This document shows, one piece after another, positions 24,901 through 28,408 of a DNA stretch of 64,000 nt. The notes under the pieces are model-generated. The model had not been told where the DNA came from, ran no database searches, and saw only the letters and a list, made by a program, of their open reading frames with translations. A program made the position numbers and the translations under genes. Source of the DNA: Cenarchaeum sp. (GTDB lineage: Archaea; Thermoproteota; Nitrososphaeria; Nitrososphaerales; Nitrosopumilaceae); NCBI GenBank assembly GCA_965242695.1, contig CBDESU010000001.1:1376001-1440000 (forward strand). Reading direction: 5' to 3'. Position 1 is the first letter of the stretch, and each line of letters starts with the position of its first letter.

Positions 24901-25381
24901 CGTTGGGATGGAAGACCTGGACCGTGTTGCAGGTACTGTCGCCGCTGCCGACTGCGATCATCCCGTCCGACGCGATGGCGACGCCCTCGGGGCGGTTGAA
25001 CTGCCCGGTGCCGCAGCCCGCCGTATCCCCACCGATCTTGAAGGCGAACGTCCCGTTGGGGTAGAACACCTGGACGCGGTGGAGCTCGTCGTCGGCGGCG
25101 ACGATTATCCCGTACGGGTGTATGTCGACGGCCCGCGCGTCGTTGAACTGCCCGTCTCCGGTGCCGGTTCCCCCGACCGTGAAGTTGTACGTGTCGCGCG
25201 GGTGGAAGACTAGGATGTCATCTGTGTTGACCGAGGTCACCGCAATGGCCTCGCCGGCGGCATGCGCGGCCGGGACGGCGGCAACGGCAACGGCGCAGGC
25301 CAGCACGGCCAGCGCGGCAGCGGCGGCAAGCGAGGGCCGGCGGGCCGGCGGGGCCCGCAGGGGCCGCGAGGACGCCGTCAT
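3956..25381 (-). CDS. Giant secreted/surface protein (~7,141 aa): signal peptide, NHL beta-propeller, Ig-like domains, LVIVD-like propeller repeats, ~100-aa beta-sandwich repeats, Pro/Gly linker, CFI-box-CTERM anchor
   Basis: Uninterrupted ORF; NHL motifs (GQFNRPEGVAI, VADKENNRIQVF); GVQIIDVTDP repeats; C-terminal GGCLVATAAYGTELAPQVQALREYRD; ATG at 25381 preceded by GGAGGAGG. Confidence 0.92.
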   Translation of the reverse strand: MTASSRPLRAPPARRPSLAAAAALAVLACAVAVAAVPAAHAAGEAIAVTSVNTDDILVFHPRDTYNFTVGGTGTGDGQFNDARAVDIHPYGIIVAADDELHRVQVFYPNGTFAFKIGGDTAGCGTGQFNRPEGVAIASDGMIAVGSGDSTCNTVQVFHPNGTHAFTLGTPAASPANGRFDRVHGVDFGPNGMLAVAQSRSDRVQVFHSDGTFAFRFGTAGPRIGEFSAPFDVAFLPNGGFAVVDRGAHQVHIFDSGRTHVNSIGHSFRAPGSNDGQFRNPEGVAAGPGGLLAVADKENNRIQVFDSGNNLVYKIQHASGLPGAFTLPQGVAFAPADAHLATAIVTGVSSPDADAAYTPGSNINITVSFNASVAVAGTPALALSTSPPRNATYAGGNGTNMLHFTYAVEPGDSAAGLEYAGMASLLLDGGLADIWPAGDAAGAASPVLPHPGTAGSLGQTSDIRLRDAVRVTGVTTTSANGTYGENSEIIIRIAYEDPVTVSGAPELVLATDPKAYAVYTGPTGSPTAVLNFTYTVGDHGETAARLAYNGTGALSLPDDNADSILDSLGNPVSRTLPVPGSEGSLSHSSNIAIDASDPVGPGAGRLAAPVILTPPATVAATPHVIEGVAAPGSDVTLYNNGIRGAATVRADPVSGWWNSSEVLSNGTNTFTASVSAPGGAESHSSPVTITLDTTPPPVPTILNPNGETAPSRMHVIRGTAEPGVLVEVYVGGELARAAPAHYSSGHWFIQVLLAPGANTITARTVDALGNPSGYATLSVSGPTGPPPTKTLEVPPKVISDVNDDDGKASLLQPRDVKTFEHNGKAYAVVASGLGPGIQVVDFTDPYKPVPVALLESTRGYGQSVDIEIFTAGGARLAAVTSGAPGSPGGVELVDLSNPASPSFVNNAEHPKYGQTYTENTSLKYPELLGARDASVFTRTVNGQERTYLIVVSDYGPVREHPGGFQIIDVTTPAAPASISSNHGIVRDENGAHVATRPAESIPWMTPGSRYDLNTVRSDVVARFDSAGDPVAVAVNVTLPGYEGRKFALPTEGLWGAGEDLNPWRIPPFTIVQVANSTNRTVSLTNSSGAGPVTIHSPDDCPPEPDPSAPIPIVCGGQYLLVVVNNNDTLADTSDDYIDTVYRDAFHGAYSYPIAKMIGGKLLAVGVGEAPLAMRGVDADGNLFESLEGARSVDTFTDGSGNTYAVVAAPLSNAVTIINVTDPYSPTVASTAVDGPVFDRLEGATAVKTASVGGRTYAVVSSDAAPYKSALGDDGVQIIDVTDPARPARTASIADADGRKRTEFSMLGGARAVDTFVQGQKTYAVVSATGDDGFQIIDITDPSSPGPADRGHDGSQCSTAAKYRSLGGTIATDTLAFGGRLYAVAAAVDDDGIQVVDITDPDRLVALGTASDERGGFSELHKPISAEAVEIRGRTYVLVASYYEYEGPWDGSGTQTKGYEGGVQIIEVTDPSQPLPTAALQHSDRSKLTSLLVGVRYIDTFAIGGRTYAIITADDVHGHTLSDDRGAFLIADISNPERPRYVSGMRDGEPDARGNRFDMLNAPAGVETAVIDGRTYAVIAARGPYENNKHGVQIVDVTNPASPLVAASIVDDEHGGTGGYTTLERALGVDIVQIGTGWYALVAAIRDNGVQVINITNPYSPSATFSIVESGDPKVELTGAHRIKAFKHGDGTYAIVTAKIGHSLQMLNITDPTVAPVPLEKVTDDVNHGAGREFTELRGAYDVDTFTLEGVPYAASTCHSSVPPCNGVQIINMDDPGRITTPTHIWDGLHGASNIAGARGIATFTVDGSVHMAVTGYEENATEFMRLTTFTDAAKPSVVGVQVNTERGILYVTFSERVDKSSADLSLITVHNGSAGDTPVPLTGAQVDGTTRPRTVEIALTGDQLAAVLNQQTLRLTFGDGAFDDVSGNSNRLAGSVAPEIVTSRPALLEARLDLGTGELELAFTEPVDPATANLSKIAVYSPDAPRVQYGPSSALLRQESDSEVVVVLGEGARQAAIAFAASPLVDVLDGAVNSSVTGRPSEEYRASPLYALVPDRVDPVLLSAVLAGDALTLAFSEHVNVDASAFKLDQMRLRDRAGGAGFSLAGASVSTTVNGTHVVVRLNSTQAGTAALYSNPVLSMSFSHDTLSAVQDLSGRGIGSVEIAVSLAGGVPGFSAHAVAPDAIRVLFGARVTSAGTNPGTTWTLGGPDAEGLTVSSFGAVNNAASVVLGLSGNLSSTRPDITLTYNPEVGDIVDGNGVEVDGTAVPVSDGIAPVVVRAVVNDDSPSDCAVVVTYSEGVRTGQGAYKNATIVYPIAFGGNTHIGTFNGLSGDGSERHVVDLTCAYSPDVASTASLLADPREIEDLDGNKLGTGESVVIEAGDGQGPYLSSKALVLGNNVTLIYEDPTFAPDSAYLRVELDPGGIREILTVDGSGTETHTINFRGPAPAPTASAWIHINDTLVLDDVSNPRGRATEKREGLANALPYLVAPQSAEITGPSNVTIRFVAPVELPGKDAYVEGSSPTLNIGGSARDTSDPHRGPAADTWTFSFDPPAPPNATGWIEFDWIQNLGGGSSNITLSDGQRPKIVSAMITGPNNATIRYDEPVTAGLGAYVDVMLQAGSARNVDTVSGSSTDTHTLYFDIESGSAAPNATGTLSGIASALTDAAGNSLGPSSLPRSLTDGQAPYIVSARITEGPYATIRYSEPVTAPHAAYGPMGIGAEAPARPSAVDSGNGTARHTITIGGDYHAAAQAPNATGTVVLETADIEDAGGNDLVGPGTRVLEDGRPPGVHWARITDGNVLAVNYTEPVSAQEANVYTIWIGSTDRTGRNIVGDGTPLHTVTFDGTAVPPGSGAGNVTIDGARVSDLAAEPPNPLGDGPQNYTTSDDRPVVVTSARVTGPGVVTVLYEYHGNFPNQYTGFSIDGGEQTIESYDTTVPGTVVLGFRPSAVSPNSTGWIVIDGQNHTVIDGQSPSALGATAESRNAIRVAFDEPLLPLNAGGDGGWTVSGADSGGSAVTYRTIDSAAPTELVLTLGGGGLASDSPMAALRYEAGDPIVDQATNALEDRPASDEIAVADGIAPRIEDARITGGSEATVWYSEDVSAQPGAYTVDVDGEAASRPSASVRDGDGTERHVISFAGDRIEDTDATGMLTLDAALLLDDSRNELAGGPTVDLEDGRPPEVVSANVTAGNTLTVGYSEPVEAPQSAYFDIVVNGTARSNDGLDGDRTDTHRITFNGSAVVPANATGSVAINGSRVFDLAAAPNPLDDDVQELDIPFGHVPEIISARITGNGTVEIRYTKSVTVPDTAYDMLSIDGSGRTIQKPLSVNGSREHIISFTPADAQPNSTGTIRIAEAAVLDRTGEALGNSTKTRDLADGQDPLVVDATAVGLDRILVRFNEPVNATGVTGAGGWSVDRTDPAGLSVLSVSSDLADGTDELEIALDGNFSTTAPGDAELSYDDTAGLTDAAGNALVLASAEDVLDGIAPVLVRAVITDPDYITVEYSEPVEDTGGAYSTVTLDRGGLQTVNPPATGRSDVHTIPFATPGAASYTGETGRLPITNRALIVDAAGNALGAGRLEYPLADGQPPVFNWAAVRNATSVLVNYSEPVTADASAYSDLRFNDGTTRTFTDLEDNRTSSHVVVFAGADAPADSMGSMVIDETAVFDLAMPPIGLGDVEAKRINLENDTRMPAMVSARVTGGDEITIRYTRAVTALDSHYTNVVVGGVGRTVYGLAGGDGDGSATHTITFRPGGAAANATGTMDVDEAAIQSMGGGAVGPGPGLAGWNLADGQPPTIVRASVVSRSAEDDKARILVEFDEPVRDRDSGGGTGADGWSVSGGDAATAGVDVESRTNIGDYPAPQLTLTLTGALPGDNPTGVQLSYAKAGMHPVTDLSENELASVASRGVADGIVPFVKSANLTGDREVTITYNEPVGAPREAYANVSLAGGTTLEIASIAANTTAEHVLTLDGDAAVPRGSQGNVTINASAVADYADPPNRMGVGYSVEAVSDSRSISVLASMVTGPGNLTVRFSAAAVQLEHGELSIDGTIRNVTDYTGGGTDRHVILFDGDDAPPNAAGWFVIDPLGTLVGRENLTLTDGQAPGIESATAVSRGEIRVLFDEDVSDSGGGAGGWSVSGADTGTAGLMVLSRAALPGDPRTVVLALSGNLRDTVPDAVEVSYDQDSGSALDTAGNELNSTAVGVADGMAPEVVSARITGGNNLTITYSEPVTRPSGAYSNLVLSPGGSRAATGPTGAADTTHVITFTGAEAATSAEGTIDIDQTALADAVGNALGTDSSYSRTLADGQAPEILSANVTGGNNLTITYSEPVTRPSGAYSNLVLSPGGSRAATGPTGAADTTHVITFTGAEAATSAEGTIDIDQTALADAVGNALGTDSSYSRTLADGQAPEILSANVTGGNNLTITYSEPVTRPSGAYSNLVLSPGGSRAATGPTGAADTTHVITFTGAEAATSAEGTIDIDQTALADAVGNALGTDSSYSRTLADGQAPEILSANVTGGNNLTITYSEPVTRPSGAYSNLVLSPGGSRAATGPTGAADTTHVITFTGAEAATSAEGTIDIDQTALADAVGNALGTDSSYSRTLADGQAPEILSANVTGGNNLTITYSEPVTRPSGAYSNLVLSPGGSRAATGPTGAADTTHVITFTGAEAATSAEGTIDIDQTALADAVGNALGTDSSYSRTLADGQAPEILSANVTGGNNLTITYSEPVTRPSGAYSNLVLSPGGSRAATGPTGAADTTHVITFTGAEAATSAEGTIDIDQTALADAVGNALGTDSSYSRTLADGQAPEILSANVTGGNNLTITYSEPVTRPSGAYSNLVLSPGGSRAATGPTGAADAAHVITFTGAEAATSAEGTIDIDQTALADAVGNALGTDSSYSRTLADGQAPEILSANVTGGNTLTITYSEPVKKVQSAYTNLVLSPGGPRMLTGLPGPIHESHSITFHGNSVPTNATGTMDVDGGALADAAGIALGTGTLPQTLLDSQRPTVERTAVTGGNNLTVRYSEAVNASEGAYSGLVIGTTNPRVTGFTGNTTDTHVVTFDGDPAPLRVTGSLTIDGAAVLDRASPYPNSMGAGTEMFTLTDYRAPSIISAEVTGSGNVTITYSRTVTAQQSDYSSLVIDGAARAVTGLDGGAGAEAHVIHFTDANATSGATGSIRIAAQNILDENNSPLGTAPLGRPLTDGQAPSVSAATAISLNTIRITFDEPVNASGTSGDGGWFVQGDDAGGLSVSFRADISSRSTVLDLTLSGNLSDTDPTGVSVSYTWGTPTTIRFVDEAGNRLDTSGMVGVADEIKPAVKSAKVTGSGNVTIEYTEPVTQVASAYTNLALTPGGPRAATGPTGAADTTHVITFTTADAATSATGTITVDQTAMADAAGNTLGTSATFSQALDDGQRPAVNSAKVTGSGNVTIEYTEPVTQVASAYTNLALTPGGPRAATGPTGAADTTHVITFTTADAATSATGTITVDQTAMADAAGNTLGTSATFSQALDDGQRPAVNSAKVTGSGNVTIEYTEPVTRVASAYTNLALTPGGPRAATGPSGAADTTHVITFTTADAATSATGTITVDQTAMADAAGNTLGTSATFSQALDDGQRPDVDSARITAGRELTITYSEPVTRVAGAYSNLVLTPGGPRAATGPTGAADTTHVITFDGEPAATSATGTIQVDQTILADAAGNALGTSTAFPQPLSNARAPTVLSANITAGNTITIIYSEPVVRVASAYTNLVLTPGGARTVTGPTGAADAAHVITFDGEPAATSATGTLTVDQTALLDAFGNPLGNNPSYPQDLEDNQRPNVASARITGSGTITITYSEPVVRVASAYSNLVLSPGGARTPTGPTGAPSATHEMTFSAVSATNATGTIDIDQTVLVDGSGNALGTEASYTQRLDDGQRPDIVRAIIAGGNSVTVMYDEPVAAEVGAYKGLAFSPGGTRTFTSLDGSSTPTHVVTFGGDPAPPDANGTITIDATAVLDLAAPPANSLGTNANRMEELVDERNPSIEWARVTGPGTATIKYDRPVTAPQSAYSMLVVDGANRTIGTLEGSGMARHLLNFDPAGAPPNATGSVRIDETAVLNDLGGHLGTGQRTETLADGQNPSISAAAAVSLDTIRVEFDEPVSAAGTDGAGGWSVSGGDAAGLSVESRSDISGGSAVLVLALDGSLPDTRPDGVVLSYDGGLLVLDAGGNEPRPDTQVAVADGIAPGIISAAVTGPNSATVRYTEPVSAGADPPAYADLVLEPGGARAITDFTAGAAEDHAIEFAGAPALPGTTGTVAIDGALVLDRAGNAMPGGRIAQQLDDGQAPPTRVQASASASFTSPNEVTVEYSAALGAPRGHSGPVYGGIVVEYPNGSVQSVRDAISESGIGTAEHTVRFAGAPVGPGQGGSINLLAALEASVIGANNTLAVFDNDTIPVDAAAEGLDRVVVPPSEPVRVVEIDPDRFERIVDATSSGESARPAINVTGLAPPAGAPPGEGGTAMFPAGAPVAVVASFAEVSFPPNVTATALPADGVLELYVAPEPVNATGVANAFAGAFGHNDTTRISVGRVVEVGDPGTHIVFDLPVRILLSGQAGGHAFYVNTTGGNATVTPIGARCDADDTGAVHAQLGGSGECQIDSADNRDKVIHTYHLTLFGTVRDASAPPPPPQPPVVVVVPPGGQQPPGGQQPPGGVPFFGGGGGGGGRGGGGGGGGGGGSPLPAGPSAVVLHSATWDCTEGTVRIVVGGAAPDPTVTVLSSGGSEEAELVLERGASGMAVYEAALPEDLILSIRAVSADGRAVSTASEVVRTGGACAGEAAFGQEDGGGMGAGAAAPDAAAGIGDAGAGTGAAPSAAPGAAVAEPEPDAEPGADAGDGGAAAEPRQPAAEAEPGAGDVGGRPAFEMEEGRGAAYYVKRYAEQAEYREWFGAAYPQYADVCEAVGAAAGCVEAHLEAAAAGSAGEPAEIVCRDGMVLSGGRCVPDADAAPGAEPRDADAAPEPDDPEGGGCLVATAAYGTELAPQVQALREYRDATLMATGHGKAAMSAFSAVYYAFSPHVADLEREHPAVREATAALLAPLLHALQVAAMADPDSEASVAAHGAAAVLLAAGMYIGAPAAGAWVAVRAVSRGRSGQAARAGRWVGRPA
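8530..9420. repeat. Three near-identical 300-bp tandem units inside the giant gene
   Basis: Identical antisense 96-aa ORF starts at 8625, 8925 and 9225; related degenerate units at ~7700-8530. Confidence 0.9.
10596..12735. repeat. Seven near-identical 300-bp tandem units inside the giant gene
   Basis: Exact 300-bp periodicity (antisense ORF starts 10698 to 12498); only a few SNPs between units. Confidence 0.95.
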
Positions 25382-25526
25382 ACCCCCTCCTCCCCCGCCG
25401 CCGCGCGCGGCCCGGCCGCCTCCCGGGGAGCGCCGCACGGGCGCATCACCGCGCCTCGCACGGCCGGCGGCATGCCGCCCCCCCCCCCCTAGACAGAGAG
25501 TTCACGGCGCGGCGTGGCCGCCCCCT

Positions 25527-25536
25527 GTTATATAAG
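25527..25536 (-). promoter_or_regulatory. Candidate TATA box for the giant gene
   Basis: TTATATAAC on the minus strand, the most AT-rich motif in this GC-rich intergenic region. Confidence 0.45.
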
Positions 25537-26297
25537 AAAATGGCAGGGTCTCACGCCTGCGGGCCGCACCAGGGCGGGTCCGGAACGGCTGTACGGGGGC
25601 CACCCGGGGAGGGAGGAGGGCAGGGCAGGAAGGAGGGGCACACACCCCCGCGCGCCGCCCGCGGCGGGCGGGCGGACGTGGAGGAGGGACGCCGGCGGAC
25701 GGGCGGGCAGGCATGCGGGCCCTCTTCCCGCCGCCGCCGGCGCCCCCGGGATCGCCCGGTGCGGCAGGGTGCCCGAAGGGGGGCCGGTGCGCGAGGGGCT
25801 GCGGGCGGAGCAGAGGCCGCATCGATCAGCGCTGCATCCACAGGGCAGGGCATGCGGAGCGCGGGGACAAGCGTGCCAGGGGGATGCGCGGCGCGCAGGG
25901 GCGCGGGCGGAGCAGAGGCCGCGCCGCGGGATGCCCCGGCCGGGGCCCGGCCGCGCGGGGCACGAATGCCCGGCGCGCGGCCCGGAGCGCCGGGGAGGGC
26001 GCAGGGCCGCGGCGCTTGGCCACGGCGGCTTGCCAGTACCGGCCCCGACATCGCGCTGCCATGCAGGAAGGCGCAGAGCGGCAGCGCGCGGGCGCGGCGG
26101 CCCTTTCCAGCCCCCCACTTGCAGGCCGGCGGGCGGCCGTGCGGGCAATCTTGCGCGGGGCGCGCGGAACGGGGCGCGGCCAAGAGACGCGAGGGCAGAA
26201 CCGGCGCGGCTGCCCGCGGCCCCGCCCTGCGCGGCGGCCCGCCCCTCCGGTTTCGCGCCCCGCTAGATTTACATGGCAGGGGCATCCGGCGCCGGCC

Positions 26298-27266
26298 ATG
26301 AGCCATGTGCGCATCGCCGCCTGCATCGCGGCGGTGGCGGCGGTTGTCGCGGCCGCAATTCCGCTCCTGGCCGAAGAGGCGCATGCGCAGCAGGAGGGCG
26401 AGCGGGTGCCGGCGTGGGTAAAGCAGGTCTTTGGGTTCTACGTCGACGGGCAGATATCCGAGGGCGAGCTCCTCGGCGCCCTAAAGTACCTCATAGAGAA
26501 CGGCATCATGGAGGTCGCAGAGCCCGGGGACCGCGGCATTGCCGACAGGGGCGACTTTTACGTAGAGTACGGCCCCAACCCGAACTCGCCGTACGTGGAG
26601 AGCGACACGGCCGCGGCGTGGCTAAAGGACACGCGCCTGTTCGACGACAATGCGGAGTGGCTCAACTCCGTATACAGGCTCCCGTACGACGTCAGGGTCA
26701 GAGGGGAGGAGTGCGGCACGGAGAACGCGTTCTACATCCCGGGCAAAAAGGCGATTAGAATGTGCTACGAGCTCGTCGATGCCGCCTTTAGGGCCGGCGA
26801 TGCCGTGTACGGCGGCGATCCAGAGGCGGCCGACGAGTTCGCCTACAACGTCGTAGACGGCATCATGATGCACGAGGTCGGGCATGCACTCGTCGACGTG
26901 TACGACCTTCCGACGACCGGCATGGAGGAGGATGCGGTCGACCAGTTCAGCGCCCTCATACAGTCGCGGACGTACGGCGACTACGATCCCTACTACGAGA
27001 CGGGGCGGAACATGATGCTCGACATGGCCGGATGGTGGGACTACATGTCGCAGTATACGGAGGCCCCATACTGGGCAGTCCACTCGCTCAACGAGCAGAG
27101 GTTCTACAACCTTGCATGCTACGTGTACGGGGCCGACCCAGAGTACAACCGGGACCTGCTCGGCTTCGACTACCTCCCGCACAGCAGGGCAAAGACCTGC
27201 CCCGGCGAGTACGAGCGGATGTCGTCGAGCTGGGATCGGCTCCTGGACGGGTACCTGGTCGAGTAG
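26298..27266 (+). CDS. Secreted DUF4344-like zinc metallopeptidase, copy 1 (322 aa)
   Basis: Signal peptide; VPAWVK..GQISE motif; ECGTENAFY; HEVGH; EEDAVD; HSLNEQRFYNLAC. Confidence 0.85.
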   Translation: MSHVRIAACIAAVAAVVAAAIPLLAEEAHAQQEGERVPAWVKQVFGFYVDGQISEGELLGALKYLIENGIMEVAEPGDRGIADRGDFYVEYGPNPNSPYVESDTAAAWLKDTRLFDDNAEWLNSVYRLPYDVRVRGEECGTENAFYIPGKKAIRMCYELVDAAFRAGDAVYGGDPEAADEFAYNVVDGIMMHEVGHALVDVYDLPTTGMEEDAVDQFSALIQSRTYGDYDPYYETGRNMMLDMAGWWDYMSQYTEAPYWAVHSLNEQRFYNLACYVYGADPEYNRDLLGFDYLPHSRAKTCPGEYERMSSSWDRLLDGYLVE

Positions 27267-27738
27267 GGGCAGTGTGCGGACGGCCCTACTCCATGGCCCC
27301 GACGAGTGCAAGCGCACAAGGGAGCCTGCCGCGGCTCCCACCCGCACGGCCGCTGCAACAGCTGAGAGGGGCGCTGCGGGGGCCGGCAGCGGATCACAGG
27401 CCGCGGATCCGCCGCCCCGGCAGGCTCCGCCCGCGCCTCAAGCGCAGAGCGGCGGCGGCCGCCCGCGGCCCGCACAGGGGGCGGATGCCGCTGCGCGGGC
27501 GCGCTGCCCTGCGGCGCACGGCATGGAGGGAGGGGCCCGCGCCGCGCGCCGCATGCCCGCTCCATCCCCGGCGGCCTACCGCGCGCATGCGCAGCCCGCC
27601 CCGGCCATGACGGCGGGATCCGCGGCCAAGGCAGTCGGCAACCCATGCGGCGGCGCAAGAGCCCGCCCGGCGATGCCGGAATGTAGGTAAAAAAGAGAGG
27701 CGGCGGCGCGGGCGCGAGGCCCGGCCGCCGCGGTGCGG

Positions 27739-27861
27739 CTAGTCCTTGCCCTTGGATCCGCCCCCGGAACGGGAGCTCTTGTAGGCGCTGCTCGTCGGGT
27801 TGAGCTGGTTGGAGTGGTTGACCAAGTCGGCTCGGTCGCCCTTGCCCTGGTATTTCGCCAT
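27739..27861 (-). CDS. Basic microprotein (40 aa) with NH-x-x-QLNP motif
   Basis: MAKYQGKGDRADLVNHSNQLNPTSSAYKSSRSGGGSKGKD; TTTAAA box ~25 nt upstream; T-run ~27689-27699; adjacent paralogue. Confidence 0.75.
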   Translation of the reverse strand: MAKYQGKGDRADLVNHSNQLNPTSSAYKSSRSGGGSKGKD

Positions 27862-28126
27862 TGGCTCTAGTGCCCCCCTGCCCCCTTTAAACCGTGCCCG
27901 CCGCGCTGTCGACGCCTGCGGCGCGGGCGCGCGCGGGCGCCGGAATGGACCCTGCGCAGCGCGGCACGCCTCGAAGCCCCGGGATCGCCCCGGGCCGATC
28001 CGGGCTGCAGTGCAGGTGCGGCGGCGAGTTGGGCAGTAGCCTGCGAGGAGTATCCCGGTGCGGTGCGCGCGAGTCGAACAAGAGAAAAAAGGGCGCGGCG
28101 CCGCAGCGCCGCGCAGGGGACGGGGC

Positions 28127-28246
28127 CTAGTCCTCGTCCCCGTCGTCGCCCGAGCGCGAGCTCTCATAGGCGTCGCTGTTCGGGTTGAGCTGGTCTGCAT
28201 GGTTGTCAAGGTCGGCCTTGTCGCCCGTGCCGCTGTATTTCCCCAT
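28127..28246 (-). CDS. Acidic microprotein (39 aa), paralogue of 27739..27861
   Basis: MGKYSGTGDKADLDNHADQLNPNSDAYESSRSGDDGDED; TTTATA box at ~28270-28275; T-run at 28085-28090. Confidence 0.75.
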   Translation of the reverse strand: MGKYSGTGDKADLDNHADQLNPNSDAYESSRSGDDGDED

Positions 28247-28408
28247 GCGAGCGCCACGCCCATACCCCGTATAAACCGTGCCCGATCGCCTGCGCCGGCC
28301 GCGGCCATGTCACCCGGCGGTCGCTAGGGCGCGCGCAGGTGCAAGGCGGCACGAAGGTTTCAAGGAGGCGCATGCGCACGGCTACCGCAGATCCACTTGC
28401 CGCCGCCG

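Noticed and set aside
25795-25922. Repeat gcgggcggagcagaggccgc at 25801 and 25903
   Set aside because: The 102-bp period does not fit the 70-bp class and the context is low-complexity GC.
25440-26297. Long Arg/Gly/Pro-rich ORFs, including the 517-aa extension of peptidase copy 1
   Set aside because: GC-driven open frames; paralogues and the signal peptide place the start at 26298.
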